Part shown: positions 55,659 through 64,000 of the stretch, piece by piece
Layout: each line of letters begins with the position of its first letter
Position numbering within the stretch: the first letter of the stretch is position 1
DNA from: a virus
Direction: 5' to 3' (one strand)
Virus record (IMG/VR): IMGVR_UViG_3300017613_002557
Location: 1 to 64,000 of that record
Length of the DNA stretch: 64,000 nt
Program-made: the position numbers and the translations under genes
The notes under the pieces: model-generated
Databases searched by the model: none
What the model was told of the DNA's origin: nothing
Seen by the model: only the letters and a program-made list of their open reading frames with translations

Positions 55659-56489
55659 TCAATTTGGCAGATGTCCTCTGATTGATTTGTACTGGATTGC
55701 TTCAGCGACATGTTCCGGTTTTATGGTGGTCATATCATCCATCTGAGCAATTGTACGTGCTATATTAATAATGGTACTGAATTCTTGAGTGGCCTGGAGT
55801 GTATCGTTACAGATGATTGTTACGATTCCATCAATGTTCAGATGTTGTTTTGCCAGCATGAGGAGCCGGTGACAACTGTCAATATCTAGGACAGTGAACA
55901 GATCAGGTGAGCGGTAGTCCAGACTGATCGCGTCTGTAAAGTCTTTCCAGGCAGCTTGTCGTTCAGGGAAGTATTCTGAGAACGGCAGGATTTCGGTAGT
56001 GATGTCTGCATTTCTGCACATCCAGGGTTGTATATCTTTCTCGGTGGTAAGCCAGACTCGTGCATCTGGTCCGAGGAGTTCTTTGGCGAATGTGACAATA
56101 ATTCCTCGTTCTTCTTCTGTAGTGTCCGGATGTGCAACAAATAGGATGGAGTACTCACCGTTTTTTGCAATGCTGAGTGCTCGGTCGATGTGTGCGTTGT
56201 TGTTATATGACATGAATCGACGTTGCAGTGGCGTAATTGGTGTTTTGATTAGCGGCGTAATTGGTGTTGTCTCAAGTTCTTTTGCATATTCGTGAATCCC
56301 GTTTGCACGGCAGAGAATCTTTCCGCTTGCGAAGCGGACACTGAACGGAGTCAGACTTTTGTGTTTGCCGCAAGACCCCTCTATATGTCTGATGTCGTCT
56401 TGTCGGACAATTTTGCTCAATGATTGATAGACTGGTTTTGAGATGCTTTGATCTCTGAGTAATAGGTCAAGTATTTGTTGTGTTGTCAT
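55659..56489 (-). CDS. degenerate ComM/YifB (Mg-chelatase-family) derivative
   Basis: HIDRALSIAKNGEYSILFVAHP (Walker A lost) and IINIARTIAQMDDMTTIKPEHVAEAIQYK C-terminal motif. Confidence 0.6.
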   Translation of the reverse strand: MTTQQILDLLLRDQSISKPVYQSLSKIVRQDDIRHIEGSCGKHKSLTPFSVRFASGKILCRANGIHEYAKELETTPITPLIKTPITPLQRRFMSYNNNAHIDRALSIAKNGEYSILFVAHPDTTEEERGIIVTFAKELLGPDARVWLTTEKDIQPWMCRNADITTEILPFSEYFPERQAAWKDFTDAISLDYRSPDLFTVLDIDSCHRLLMLAKQHLNIDGIVTIICNDTLQATQEFSTIINIARTIAQMDDMTTIKPEHVAEAIQYKSIRGHLPN

Positions 56490-57193
56490 GATAATGGCCC
56501 TCCATTGATAAACGTGGTTGCTTGCTTGATGCCTTCTTCGATATATGATCTGGCGTATGTTGTTTGTTTGCATGAAAATGATCCGTTACTTCCTACGATG
56601 ATGTGATCGAGAAAATCAATTCCTACCAGTTTTGTTGCACAGGCGAGTCGTTTTGTTAGCTGAAGATCCTCTTGACTGGGTTCCGGATCTCCTGATGGGT
56701 GGTTGTGTGCCATGATCGTTGCGGACCCCTGTTTTTCAATCAGGTATCGCAATATAACTCTTGCATCACAGAGACAGGCACCAAGACCGCCAGTAAACAA
56801 CACCTTGTGTGCGATAATGGTGCTTTTAATATCGAGTGCTGCGAACACAATCACCTCACGTTCTTCTTGCCGCAAAAATGAGAAATACTGCATGGCGTCA
56901 AATTCATTTCTGATGATGACACGATCTTTGTGTTCTGAGAAGTAGGATCTTCCCATGTTGATGGCTGACATGATTTTTGCTTCATCCTCAAACGTGATTC
57001 CTGACATTCCGTGAAGCTGTCCGAGTGCTGCGCCAGCATAGATGTCACGCAAACTGTTGTTATACTTTCTGATGATTGTATGTGCTTTCTTTTGAGAACC
57101 GAGGACCATGCCGAGAAAATCAACGGTTGTCGGGTCTTGTATTTTTTGTTCCTTGACGACCATCGCCAGTTCTTGTCGTTCCTGATAGTTCAT
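56486..57193 (-). CDS. radC: RadC-family JAB-domain protein
   Basis: EREVI, LFTGGL, AHNHPSGDPEPSQEDL, FLDHIIVG; AAGGAG RBS at ATG 57193. Confidence 0.92.
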   Translation of the reverse strand: MNYQERQELAMVVKEQKIQDPTTVDFLGMVLGSQKKAHTIIRKYNNSLRDIYAGAALGQLHGMSGITFEDEAKIMSAINMGRSYFSEHKDRVIIRNEFDAMQYFSFLRQEEREVIVFAALDIKSTIIAHKVLFTGGLGACLCDARVILRYLIEKQGSATIMAHNHPSGDPEPSQEDLQLTKRLACATKLVGIDFLDHIIVGSNGSFSCKQTTYARSYIEEGIKQATTFINGGPLS

Positions 57194-57226
57194 AGTGTGC
57201 TCCTTTTTTTGGATGTCTGCCATTGG

Positions 57227-57409
57227 TTAGTGATGTTTTTTGTTAATCCAGCGACTTGTTTTGAAATTATCTGGAACAAATCGGACGCGCCAATATTCTG
57301 TGTCAGTATCCTGCTTGAGTCGTTCGATCAAAAATGCCGTTCCTTCCGGTTTTGTACATGTGATCGGATCCTGGTAAATCGTGACTTGTTCTCCTGATGT
57401 AAGTGTCAT
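57227..57409 (-). CDS. small hypothetical protein
   Basis: GAGGA RBS; VTIYQDPITCTKPEGTAFL. Confidence 0.6.
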   Translation of the reverse strand: MTLTSGEQVTIYQDPITCTKPEGTAFLIERLKQDTDTEYWRVRFVPDNFKTSRWINKKHH

Positions 57410-57803
57410 ACTGTTTATTCCTCTGTGTATCCGTCAAACCAGTTGTCGTGTTTGTTGGATGTTTTTGGATCGTTACAATGTGTCTGAGCTTCTGCCAGTG
57501 TCAGTCCACGTTTCATAACTTTTGCTTTTTCCCCGTATTTCTTGAAGTGCCTGACAATTTTGTATGTCGTCATAATGTTATATAGTTGGTGGCATGGAAG
57601 ATTTCACCGCGTGAAAAAATCCATGCCACGTAGGGGTTATTTGTCGATTCCGAAGTTGACGCTGATAAACGCCACATATATTGTCATATCCCATCCGTTT
57701 ACATTGTATGATGTAAACGAAATCCAAAGCGGCACGATAGACAGTCCGATATGGATATATGCACGTTTAAAGAGAATATTTACATAGTTTCGTGTATGTG
57801 ATT

Positions 57804-59657
57804 TCATAATGCACCATCCATTTGAATGAAATGAAGTTCATTGATCGCTCGTAAACACGCCACTGCATACAACAAATTCCATTCCTGTGTAACAAGTTCA
57901 GGTGTTGTGACCATTGGATGTGGGAACATTTCACGCTGGTCAACATTGGTTAGTGTAAATACGCGATTCCACTCCAGACCTTTTGCCTTGTGTGCTGAGG
58001 ACAAGGTAATAATTGCGTGCCGCGTCCCGTTCACAAGGTCGCTAAACATTCCATTGACCGTGTCGAGGATTTCGTTGAGTGTCATTCCTGGCTGGACGCC
58101 TTCACAGATTGCGCGGATTGTTTCTGCTTGATCCTGAACGAAGATCCGGTTTGTTGACGAGCCAGAGCAATATTTTTCTTCCCACGTGTGTGAGGCGGAA
58201 ATGAATTCCCATGCTGTTTGACAGTCATATGTTGCGGCGAGATTCTTGAACAGACCAGTGATATTTTCCGCAACTTCACGCCCTTTGATAATGGCACCTT
58301 TTCCAAGCCTGAGTAGCTCAAAGTAGATTTTGACGGTTGGTGCGTTCGTTCGACTGAGCACAGCGTCACCTGGCTGCAGCGATCTGATAATTGCATTGAA
58401 CTCTTCAGGTCCATGTTGCTGAACTGGCAGACCATGAAATGCGTCAGGATGTGCTTTTAATTGTGGAATGTAGCGGTCTCTGACATATTCGATAACGTGC
58501 AGGTTTTTTGTTCTCAGGTTTACTGTGAGTGGCAAAGAAATTAACTTTCCACGGTCAATTGCTTTGGCACCTTCATCCATTGCGTCTGTGAGCGCTCCAG
58601 TAAACCCCATAATGGCTTGAAATGTGTCACCAACGATAATCATATGGACCATTAAGTCTGCCAGTTGTTTTGTGATCCACACTCTCAGAGGGTTCTGGTC
58701 CTGATATTCGTCGATACAGACAAGACGAATCCAGGATGGCAGTGTAATCTCTATGTCGTAGTACCAAAGGAAATACAGCATGTCGCTGTAATCACACTGG
58801 CTGGTGTCGTTAACAGATTCCAAAAATAAGCGGTTACAATCATCCAGAAAGGTTGTGTCATCGTGTGGAAGTGAAACGTCAAAGAATGCGGCAACTTGAC
58901 TGGCTTTTGCAAAGAACTCATCCCCTGGACGGATGCACAGGTTTTTCATTTTGTCGATAAGCTTCCACATCATTGCCATTCTAAATGACTCTTTTTTATA
59001 CTCCTTCGAGCCATACTCAAGCGCTCGAATATCAGTAAAAATCTCATTATACATGTACTGGATTTTTTTCGGAACGGCTGTTTTTCTGGTGTCACGCCCG
59101 AAATGTTGTTTTACGAGTTGGAATCCAAAACGATGGATTGTTGATGACGTGGCAATGAGTGGAGAAATCCGTGTTGTCGCTTCATTCGCATTATCCGCAT
59201 TAAATACAAGGTATTGTGCGAATGGCTTGTCATTTGGGAATATCTTTGCCAGTGTGAGTGTATTCATGGTGAGTTCTAGCACTGATGTTTTCCCGGTTCC
59301 TGCCAATGCTTTGATCACCAGACTTAACGGACTCATCTGGTCAGAAGTTGTGCCAAATAGATCGTCATCGACATGTTGATCTTCATACTTTTTGATGTAC
59401 TCAACTGCCGTATCAGTGATTGTGTGTTGTTCGTCGGTCGGTGTCCAGTCCGGAAGTTTTCCGACTGCCGTTGTTTCTTGTGGAACGCAGTCATAATGAA
59501 TGACACGTTTCTCGCCAGTGGTGAAGTCGAATTTTGCCCACTGGTTCTTTGAGATAATGTTTCCACAGATCCAGCAGGGGGTTTTGCCTGTAAATCTGGC
59601 TTCAAACACGCCATGCGGCATATTTGGATCTCGTTGTTTGCGCCGTTTACTTCTCAT
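57804..59657 (-). CDS. UvrD/Rep superfamily 1 helicase
   Basis: ALAGTGKT, LVFN, TIH, IDEYQD, VGDTFQAIMGF, L..N.R, LSRTN, HKAKGLEW, NLLY. Confidence 0.92.
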   Translation of the reverse strand: MRSKRRKQRDPNMPHGVFEARFTGKTPCWICGNIISKNQWAKFDFTTGEKRVIHYDCVPQETTAVGKLPDWTPTDEQHTITDTAVEYIKKYEDQHVDDDLFGTTSDQMSPLSLVIKALAGTGKTSVLELTMNTLTLAKIFPNDKPFAQYLVFNADNANEATTRISPLIATSSTIHRFGFQLVKQHFGRDTRKTAVPKKIQYMYNEIFTDIRALEYGSKEYKKESFRMAMMWKLIDKMKNLCIRPGDEFFAKASQVAAFFDVSLPHDDTTFLDDCNRLFLESVNDTSQCDYSDMLYFLWYYDIEITLPSWIRLVCIDEYQDQNPLRVWITKQLADLMVHMIIVGDTFQAIMGFTGALTDAMDEGAKAIDRGKLISLPLTVNLRTKNLHVIEYVRDRYIPQLKAHPDAFHGLPVQQHGPEEFNAIIRSLQPGDAVLSRTNAPTVKIYFELLRLGKGAIIKGREVAENITGLFKNLAATYDCQTAWEFISASHTWEEKYCSGSSTNRIFVQDQAETIRAICEGVQPGMTLNEILDTVNGMFSDLVNGTRHAIITLSSAHKAKGLEWNRVFTLTNVDQREMFPHPMVTTPELVTQEWNLLYAVACLRAINELHFIQMDGAL

Positions 59658-59724
59658 AATTTCTCCTTTTTTTGGATGTGGCGACGCTGAAATGTCCGCG
59701 TGAACATTTCAGCGCCATGTGGAA

Positions 59725-60165
59725 TTATTTTGCGAATTGCAGGTTAATGATTTCTACGCCAGGATACTTTTCTAAAATTGCGGCATGAACTTCACTTGTG
59801 AACCTGCGATTGATCGGGCGGTATGTTTCTTTTTTATCACCCGGCAGACGGATCAATGTTTTTGTGCGGCAGAGACGTTTGAACTTTCTTTCAACTTTAA
59901 GATCATCAACCAGTTCGCTGATAAGAAAAACAATACAATACTCAATACCATTGCTAGACCATTCTGACTCACGAGGTGGCTGATTACTGCACCATTCCTC
60001 AATTTCTTTGTGTGCGTGACGATTTATTATGTCAACACTACCTTCGCCACTATTTCTATCTTCTGAGTAGCAAAACGCACGTTTTCCGCGCAGATATACT
60101 GAGCATTGATCCATCCCCATAAACGTTTTTAGTCCTTTGATTGTGACTTCTTGTTTGTCTTTCAT
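59725..60165 (-). CDS. hypothetical protein
   Basis: AAGGAGG RBS. Confidence 0.7.
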   Translation of the reverse strand: MKDKQEVTIKGLKTFMGMDQCSVYLRGKRAFCYSEDRNSGEGSVDIINRHAHKEIEEWCSNQPPRESEWSSNGIEYCIVFLISELVDDLKVERKFKRLCRTKTLIRLPGDKKETYRPINRRFTSEVHAAILEKYPGVEIINLQFAK

Positions 60166-60198
60166 GATGTGCCTCCTTTTTTTGGTTAATGATTGTGA

Positions 60199-60588
60199 TT
60201 ATTCTGCGAGTGTACTGAGAATTGTACGTGCCCCATCTGTGAGTCCGTACAACGTGGCTTCGTGACTACTAACCATTGACAAGCATAACTTTTTCGTTGT
60301 GTATGGACGGGTAAAAATCTTTACACGGACACAGATAACGCCATCATTATATGCTTGTGTGTTGATCTGAATTGACGAGACGGTGTAATAAACACCTCTG
60401 TCTTTCAGGATGACTTCTTTTTCCGGCAGGTAGTTGAGTCTGCTATTGATTTCATCCATATTTAACGTTTTGGCGTGAAGGTGTTTGACTGAAATGTCAT
60501 ACACACTAACCGCATGAACGGGAGTATATTCGTAGTGGTTGCCAGAAATGACGTGTTGTGTGGCGAGAACTGTGTTATGTTGTGACAT
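60199..60588 (-). CDS. hypothetical protein, first gene of the leftward operon
   Basis: AAGGAGG RBS at ATG 60588; promoter upstream. Confidence 0.7.
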   Translation of the reverse strand: MSQHNTVLATQHVISGNHYEYTPVHAVSVYDISVKHLHAKTLNMDEINSRLNYLPEKEVILKDRGVYYTVSSIQINTQAYNDGVICVRVKIFTRPYTTKKLCLSMVSSHEATLYGLTDGARTILSTLAE

Positions 60589-60655
60589 GGTGTAAACCTC
60601 CTTATAGTAGGAAAAGCGGTTAGTGTTGTGGAAATGGTTTTCTAAATCCAAAAAG

Positions 60656-60684
60656 ATTCTAGCAAAAAAATTCATGGATGTCAA
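60656..60684 (-). promoter_or_regulatory. Sigma70-type promoter
   Basis: TTGACA-N14-TGC-TAGAAT on the minus strand. Confidence 0.75.
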
Positions 60685-60945
60685 GAAAAAAATGTAAAAA
60701 GGTACTTTTTTCTCAAGATCCACAAATGTGAGATATATTATATTATATAGTGTATATTTCCAGTAATGTCCAGAAAAAAGAGGTTAAAAAAGTGCTTTTC
60801 ATTAGACAAAGGGGGGAAGTAAGGACAAGGAGAGAGAGGGGTACTTGCCACTTCAAAACGCCACAAACGTTCGTTTGGCGCATGATCTGATCTGTCGGAT
60901 AACAAATGTGTGTTTTCGATTTGTGCTGTCAAGTGCATGTGCTGC

Positions 60946-61068
60946 CTAATGAACGTGTGCCCATTGTTTGACGTGTCACATGAAGCATACTAACTAATGA
61001 ACGTGTGGACATTATTTGACGTGTCACATGGTAACGACACATCAATAAACGTGTGGACACTATCTGAC
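60946..61068. repeat. 37-bp direct repeat (two copies plus a partial third, ~48-bp period)
   Basis: CTAATGAACGTGTGSMCATTRTTTGACGTGTCACATG at 60946 and 60994; partial at 61043. Confidence 0.8.
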
Positions 61069-61609
61069 TGGATAAAGGAAGTGACACGGTAAACATCTGT
61101 CACCATATCCCCACAAGTACAGATGGTGACTGCTTGTAATGTCCCAGGTTCCCCTTATTAGCAGTTAATCCCAGATTTTGACCTGGATTCTGTGTCATGT
61201 TGTCATGACATATTTTCGGGGAAAGTGACACTTTTTGTCCGTTTGTCAAAAAGTGTCACCTGGGGGAACTAAATTTTGTCACCCTTCCCAGGTTCCCCCT
61301 GGTAGCAGTCAATTTCAGGTCTATAAATCTTTCAAATCTTGCTGAAATTGCGAAATATTGACGTTTTTCGCAAGGGTGCTTGACAAAAAGTGTCGCTTTT
61401 CGGGTGGTGTAACCATTGTTGACACCCTTCAAAACTCCTCTTAAAATCTTTTTTTGAAAAAATAATTCTCCTGGTAGCAGTCATTTCCAGGTTTTTCGGG
61501 GGAAAAATAAAAAAATATCCCAAAAAACGTCAATGTTGGTATGGGTACTGCATTATATATGGTGTAAGCAACAAGATAAACCAACATTAACTAAACGGGA
61601 GAAAAAAAC

Positions 61610-61978
61610 ATGGAAAAGCGCATCATAGCAGGAATCGAAATAGACGAAGAAAAAAACGCTCAGGACGTCGCAGAATTGGAAGCAGTCGTCAATATGCAGA
61701 GTCTTACAGAAAAAGCTGCTATGATGCGTTTACGACGTAACAGAGGGGATAGGAAGAGCAAATGTAACCAAGTACGCAAGATTGAAAAGAAAGCTACCCC
61801 AGAAGTAGAGTTGAGTCTGTATGATGCAGAAACCGGAACATGGAAACTCAACGTTGACGGGTGCATTGACAGCGAAAAACGTCAACAGGATGCACAGGAA
61901 ATTACAGAGAGCGATTCTTTTTCTGCTCTCCTGAGTCAAGCAGGACAGATGAAAAGCAGAAGAAGCGCAAGAGCATAA
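61610..61978 (+). CDS. hypothetical protein
   Basis: GGGAG RBS. Confidence 0.65.
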   Translation: MEKRIIAGIEIDEEKNAQDVAELEAVVNMQSLTEKAAMMRLRRNRGDRKSKCNQVRKIEKKATPEVELSLYDAETGTWKLNVDGCIDSEKRQQDAQEITESDSFSALLSQAGQMKSRRSARA

Positions 61979-61990
61979 GGAGAAACACAC

Positions 61991-62218
61991 ATGATATTAA
62001 CTACCCATCAAAAAAAAGTGAGAATCAATAATCTCTGGGATTGTGAGATTGACGTCATGAACAGAGATATAACAAAACATCTGTTCGTGTTGGTTGACGA
62101 CAAGAATAATATTGTCAAGACAAAGTACATGCTGAAACATGTTGCATGTGGACTCAATGCAGCGATACGAAAAACGTGTAATACGCTGTCGTGGGAGCAA
62201 GTCATATTGTCAGGTTGA
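61991..62218 (+). CDS. hypothetical protein
   Basis: AAGGAG RBS. Confidence 0.6.
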   Translation: MILTTHQKKVRINNLWDCEIDVMNRDITKHLFVLVDDKNNIVKTKYMLKHVACGLNAAIRKTCNTLSWEQVILSG

Positions 62219-62516
62219 AAAAAAATGACTTTTGTCAAAAATAAAACTTGACAAAAGTAACAAGGTGAATCAATATAATAAGTATAGTCAGTAAGTTCTT
62301 TTGATAGTCAGAAAGATAGACCGGGAAATGAAAGGGACTAACGGTCAAGCGGAACATGTAAGCGTATATGTTCAACGTACAGAAAATTAAAAATTCTGGT
62401 ACGAACAAACAGAACATAGCTTTTAAAATCTGTGAGATTTGAGAAACCTTATAAACTCCCAAATTGTAGACAAATTAAATCACTAACAACGTTTCAAAAA
62501 AAGCGAGGAAAACATC

Positions 62517-63017
62517 ATGGAAAAGGTAGCAAAACAAATCGATGCAAAAATGTCGGGAAGTAATGGGACCATGTCGATTGAGATGATCAAGGGGTACGCA
62601 AAATCTTTCAAGGATTTCAAAAACCGTGAAGAAGTTGACGAGTTCTGGAATGAAACCCTTGTACTCGTGGAGCAAGCAGTATATCGCGTGTTCACCTTGA
62701 TCAAGTCCAATCTGTTCGAGTATTCTGAACTGCTCCCGGACGATCAGCAAAAAGCAAAGGATTCCTTGCGTGATCGGTTTTACGATCTTGCTGCATGGGT
62801 GCGCTTCGCAGAAAATACTCAACGGACCTATGTGGTGTACCGTGACAAGGATTCTGGTCAAGATACTTTTGCAGTCGTTCCCCAGGAAGAGCGTTTTGTC
62901 ATGCCGGACAGCAAGAAAAAACAGATCAATGATGCTGTCAGGTTGCTTGACAGCATCCTGAACTATACTCCGGATAAACCGAAACCTCAGAAGAATCATG
63001 AGCGGTTAACCTTCTGA
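62517..63017 (+). CDS. hypothetical protein
   Basis: GAGGA RBS; upstream promoter at 62248 and long leader. Confidence 0.7.
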   Translation: MEKVAKQIDAKMSGSNGTMSIEMIKGYAKSFKDFKNREEVDEFWNETLVLVEQAVYRVFTLIKSNLFEYSELLPDDQQKAKDSLRDRFYDLAAWVRFAENTQRTYVVYRDKDSGQDTFAVVPQEERFVMPDSKKKQINDAVRLLDSILNYTPDKPKPQKNHERLTF

Positions 63018-63033
63018 CAGATCCAGGTGTCAT

Positions 63034-63076
63034 CTTTCCCCCTGCACGAAATATGCGGGGGGAAGGGATTTTTTTG
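63034..63076 (+). terminator. Intrinsic terminator
   Basis: TTCCCCCTGCA...TGCGGGGGGAA stem followed by a T run. Confidence 0.7.
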
Positions 63077-63114
63077 AGCCCTGCTATGTTCTCTTCCCCC
63101 CCACAATCTCGGCA

Positions 63115-63300
63115 GGGTTTTAGGTTTCATAGGAAAGAAGTCTATTTCAGTTCAGGATTTTGTATTTCATGGGAAAGAGGTTTAAGGGTTTAGGTTTCAC
63201 AGGAAAGAAGTTTACTTTGGTACTGGGTTTTAGGTTTCATGAGGAAGAAGTCTCGCCGAGGTTTTGTGTTTCATGAGGAAAAGGTCTATTTCAGTTCAGG
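63115..63300. repeat. Five degenerate ~25-40-bp direct repeats
   Basis: TTTAGGTTTCATAGGAAAGAAG-like motif x5; GTCTATTTCAGTTCAGG twice. Confidence 0.75.
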
Positions 63301-63334
63301 TGTAATCTACTATATTTACATGGAGGTATTTAAG

Positions 63335-63880
63335 ATGCGAGAGTACACGGAAGTGCAGGAGTTGGAGTGTGGGGAAATTCGTCGATATGATGAGTGGTTG
63401 GATGCGGCGCAGGAGTTGGGATATGGGACAGTAGTGGAGGCGTTGGTGGGGGAGTATGAGGCGTCATTTCGGCGGGAGGTAGGGGAGTGTGTACGTGGGT
63501 ATCGGTATGTGGCGGCGCGGTTTGTGGGGGCGGGTCACAGTGAGGCGTTATACACGTTAGTGGGTCGATATTTACGGAAGTTTGCTCCGGGTGTGGTACG
63601 TGGTCGTGGTGGGGCGCATAATGTACGTGGTGGGGTGGTGAAGCATCGGTATGGGGATCGGTCATTGAAGGCGGTATGTCGAGAGATCGTGGGAGAGGGA
63701 GGTAGTGAGCGGGAGGTAGAGACGTTATACATGCGGATATTGGTCAGGGTAAAGTCAGGGTGGAGTATAGAGCGTGCGGTAAGTGAGCCGGTGGTATTGC
63801 CTGGGGATCGGAATCGTGGCAAGGGGTATCGTCAGCGGCGTCGGTTAGCGCGGAAGCTGAGGGGTGGTGTAGAGGGATGA
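63335..63880 (+). CDS. DNA-binding protein with a phage 'R...GWS.E.A...P' helical domain
   Basis: GGAGG RBS; SLKAVCRE...ILVRVKSGWSIERAVSEPV. Confidence 0.6.
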   Translation: MREYTEVQELECGEIRRYDEWLDAAQELGYGTVVEALVGEYEASFRREVGECVRGYRYVAARFVGAGHSEALYTLVGRYLRKFAPGVVRGRGGAHNVRGGVVKHRYGDRSLKAVCREIVGEGGSEREVETLYMRILVRVKSGWSIERAVSEPVVLPGDRNRGKGYRQRRRLARKLRGGVEG

Positions 63881-64000
63881 GGGAGCGTAAGGGCAAGCGG
63901 TGTACGAAGTGTGGGCGGTGGTATTCATGGTCTGGGTTTTACAGGAACCGTTCACGTCCGGATGGTCGTGGGTCGCAGTGCATAGTGTGTGTAAAGGAGT
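63877..64000 (+). CDS. 5' part of a zinc-finger (HNH/endonuclease VII-associated type) gene, runs off the window
   Basis: MRERKGKRCTKCGRWYSWSGFYRNRSRPDGRGSQCIVCVKE. Confidence 0.65.
   Translation, partial: MRERKGKRCTKCGRWYSWSGFYRNRSRPDGRGSQCIVCVKE

Noticed and set aside
60946-61068. Mini-CRISPR
   Set aside because: Spacers are only 11-12 bp
1-64000. Genome-wide stop-codon reassignment
   Set aside because: Conserved genes are full length in the standard code and end at TAA, TAG and TGA; only one in-frame TGA case was seen

Overview
The whole 64 kb window reads as part of a large tailed-phage (Caudoviricetes-like) genome or prophage; no contiguous host housekeeping block is visible, and no portal, major capsid or integrase gene could be recognised here. 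It carries two separate virion-gene blocks (about 4.4-10.6 kb and 34.4-40.0 kb, the latter with a gpA-type terminase large subunit), a host-like replication/recombination set (DnaB, DnaG, RecA, HU, two DEDDh exonucleases, SF1 helicase, two initiator-like proteins, a MutS-I/ParB-like fusion), two orphan DNA methyltransferases, a REC-HD-GYP phosphodiesterase, and an early-like minus-strand block of small genes (DarA_C-like, RadC/JAB, ComM relic). The most notable feature is an integron-like platform inside the phage: two loci (about 20.2 kb and 31.2 kb) each start with the same 39-bp attI-like site ending in GTTATRC and continue with cassettes bounded by canonical attC hairpins, with no integron integrase in the window. 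Other notable non-coding structure: a ~1 kb repeat element with 27-bp perfect terminal inverted repeats that shares a motif with iteron-like repeats inside a Rep-like gene, a parS-like palindrome array, a tRNA-like RNA with an oversized anticodon arm, and a C4-like RNA. All calls come from reading motifs by eye; no database searches or folding programs were run.
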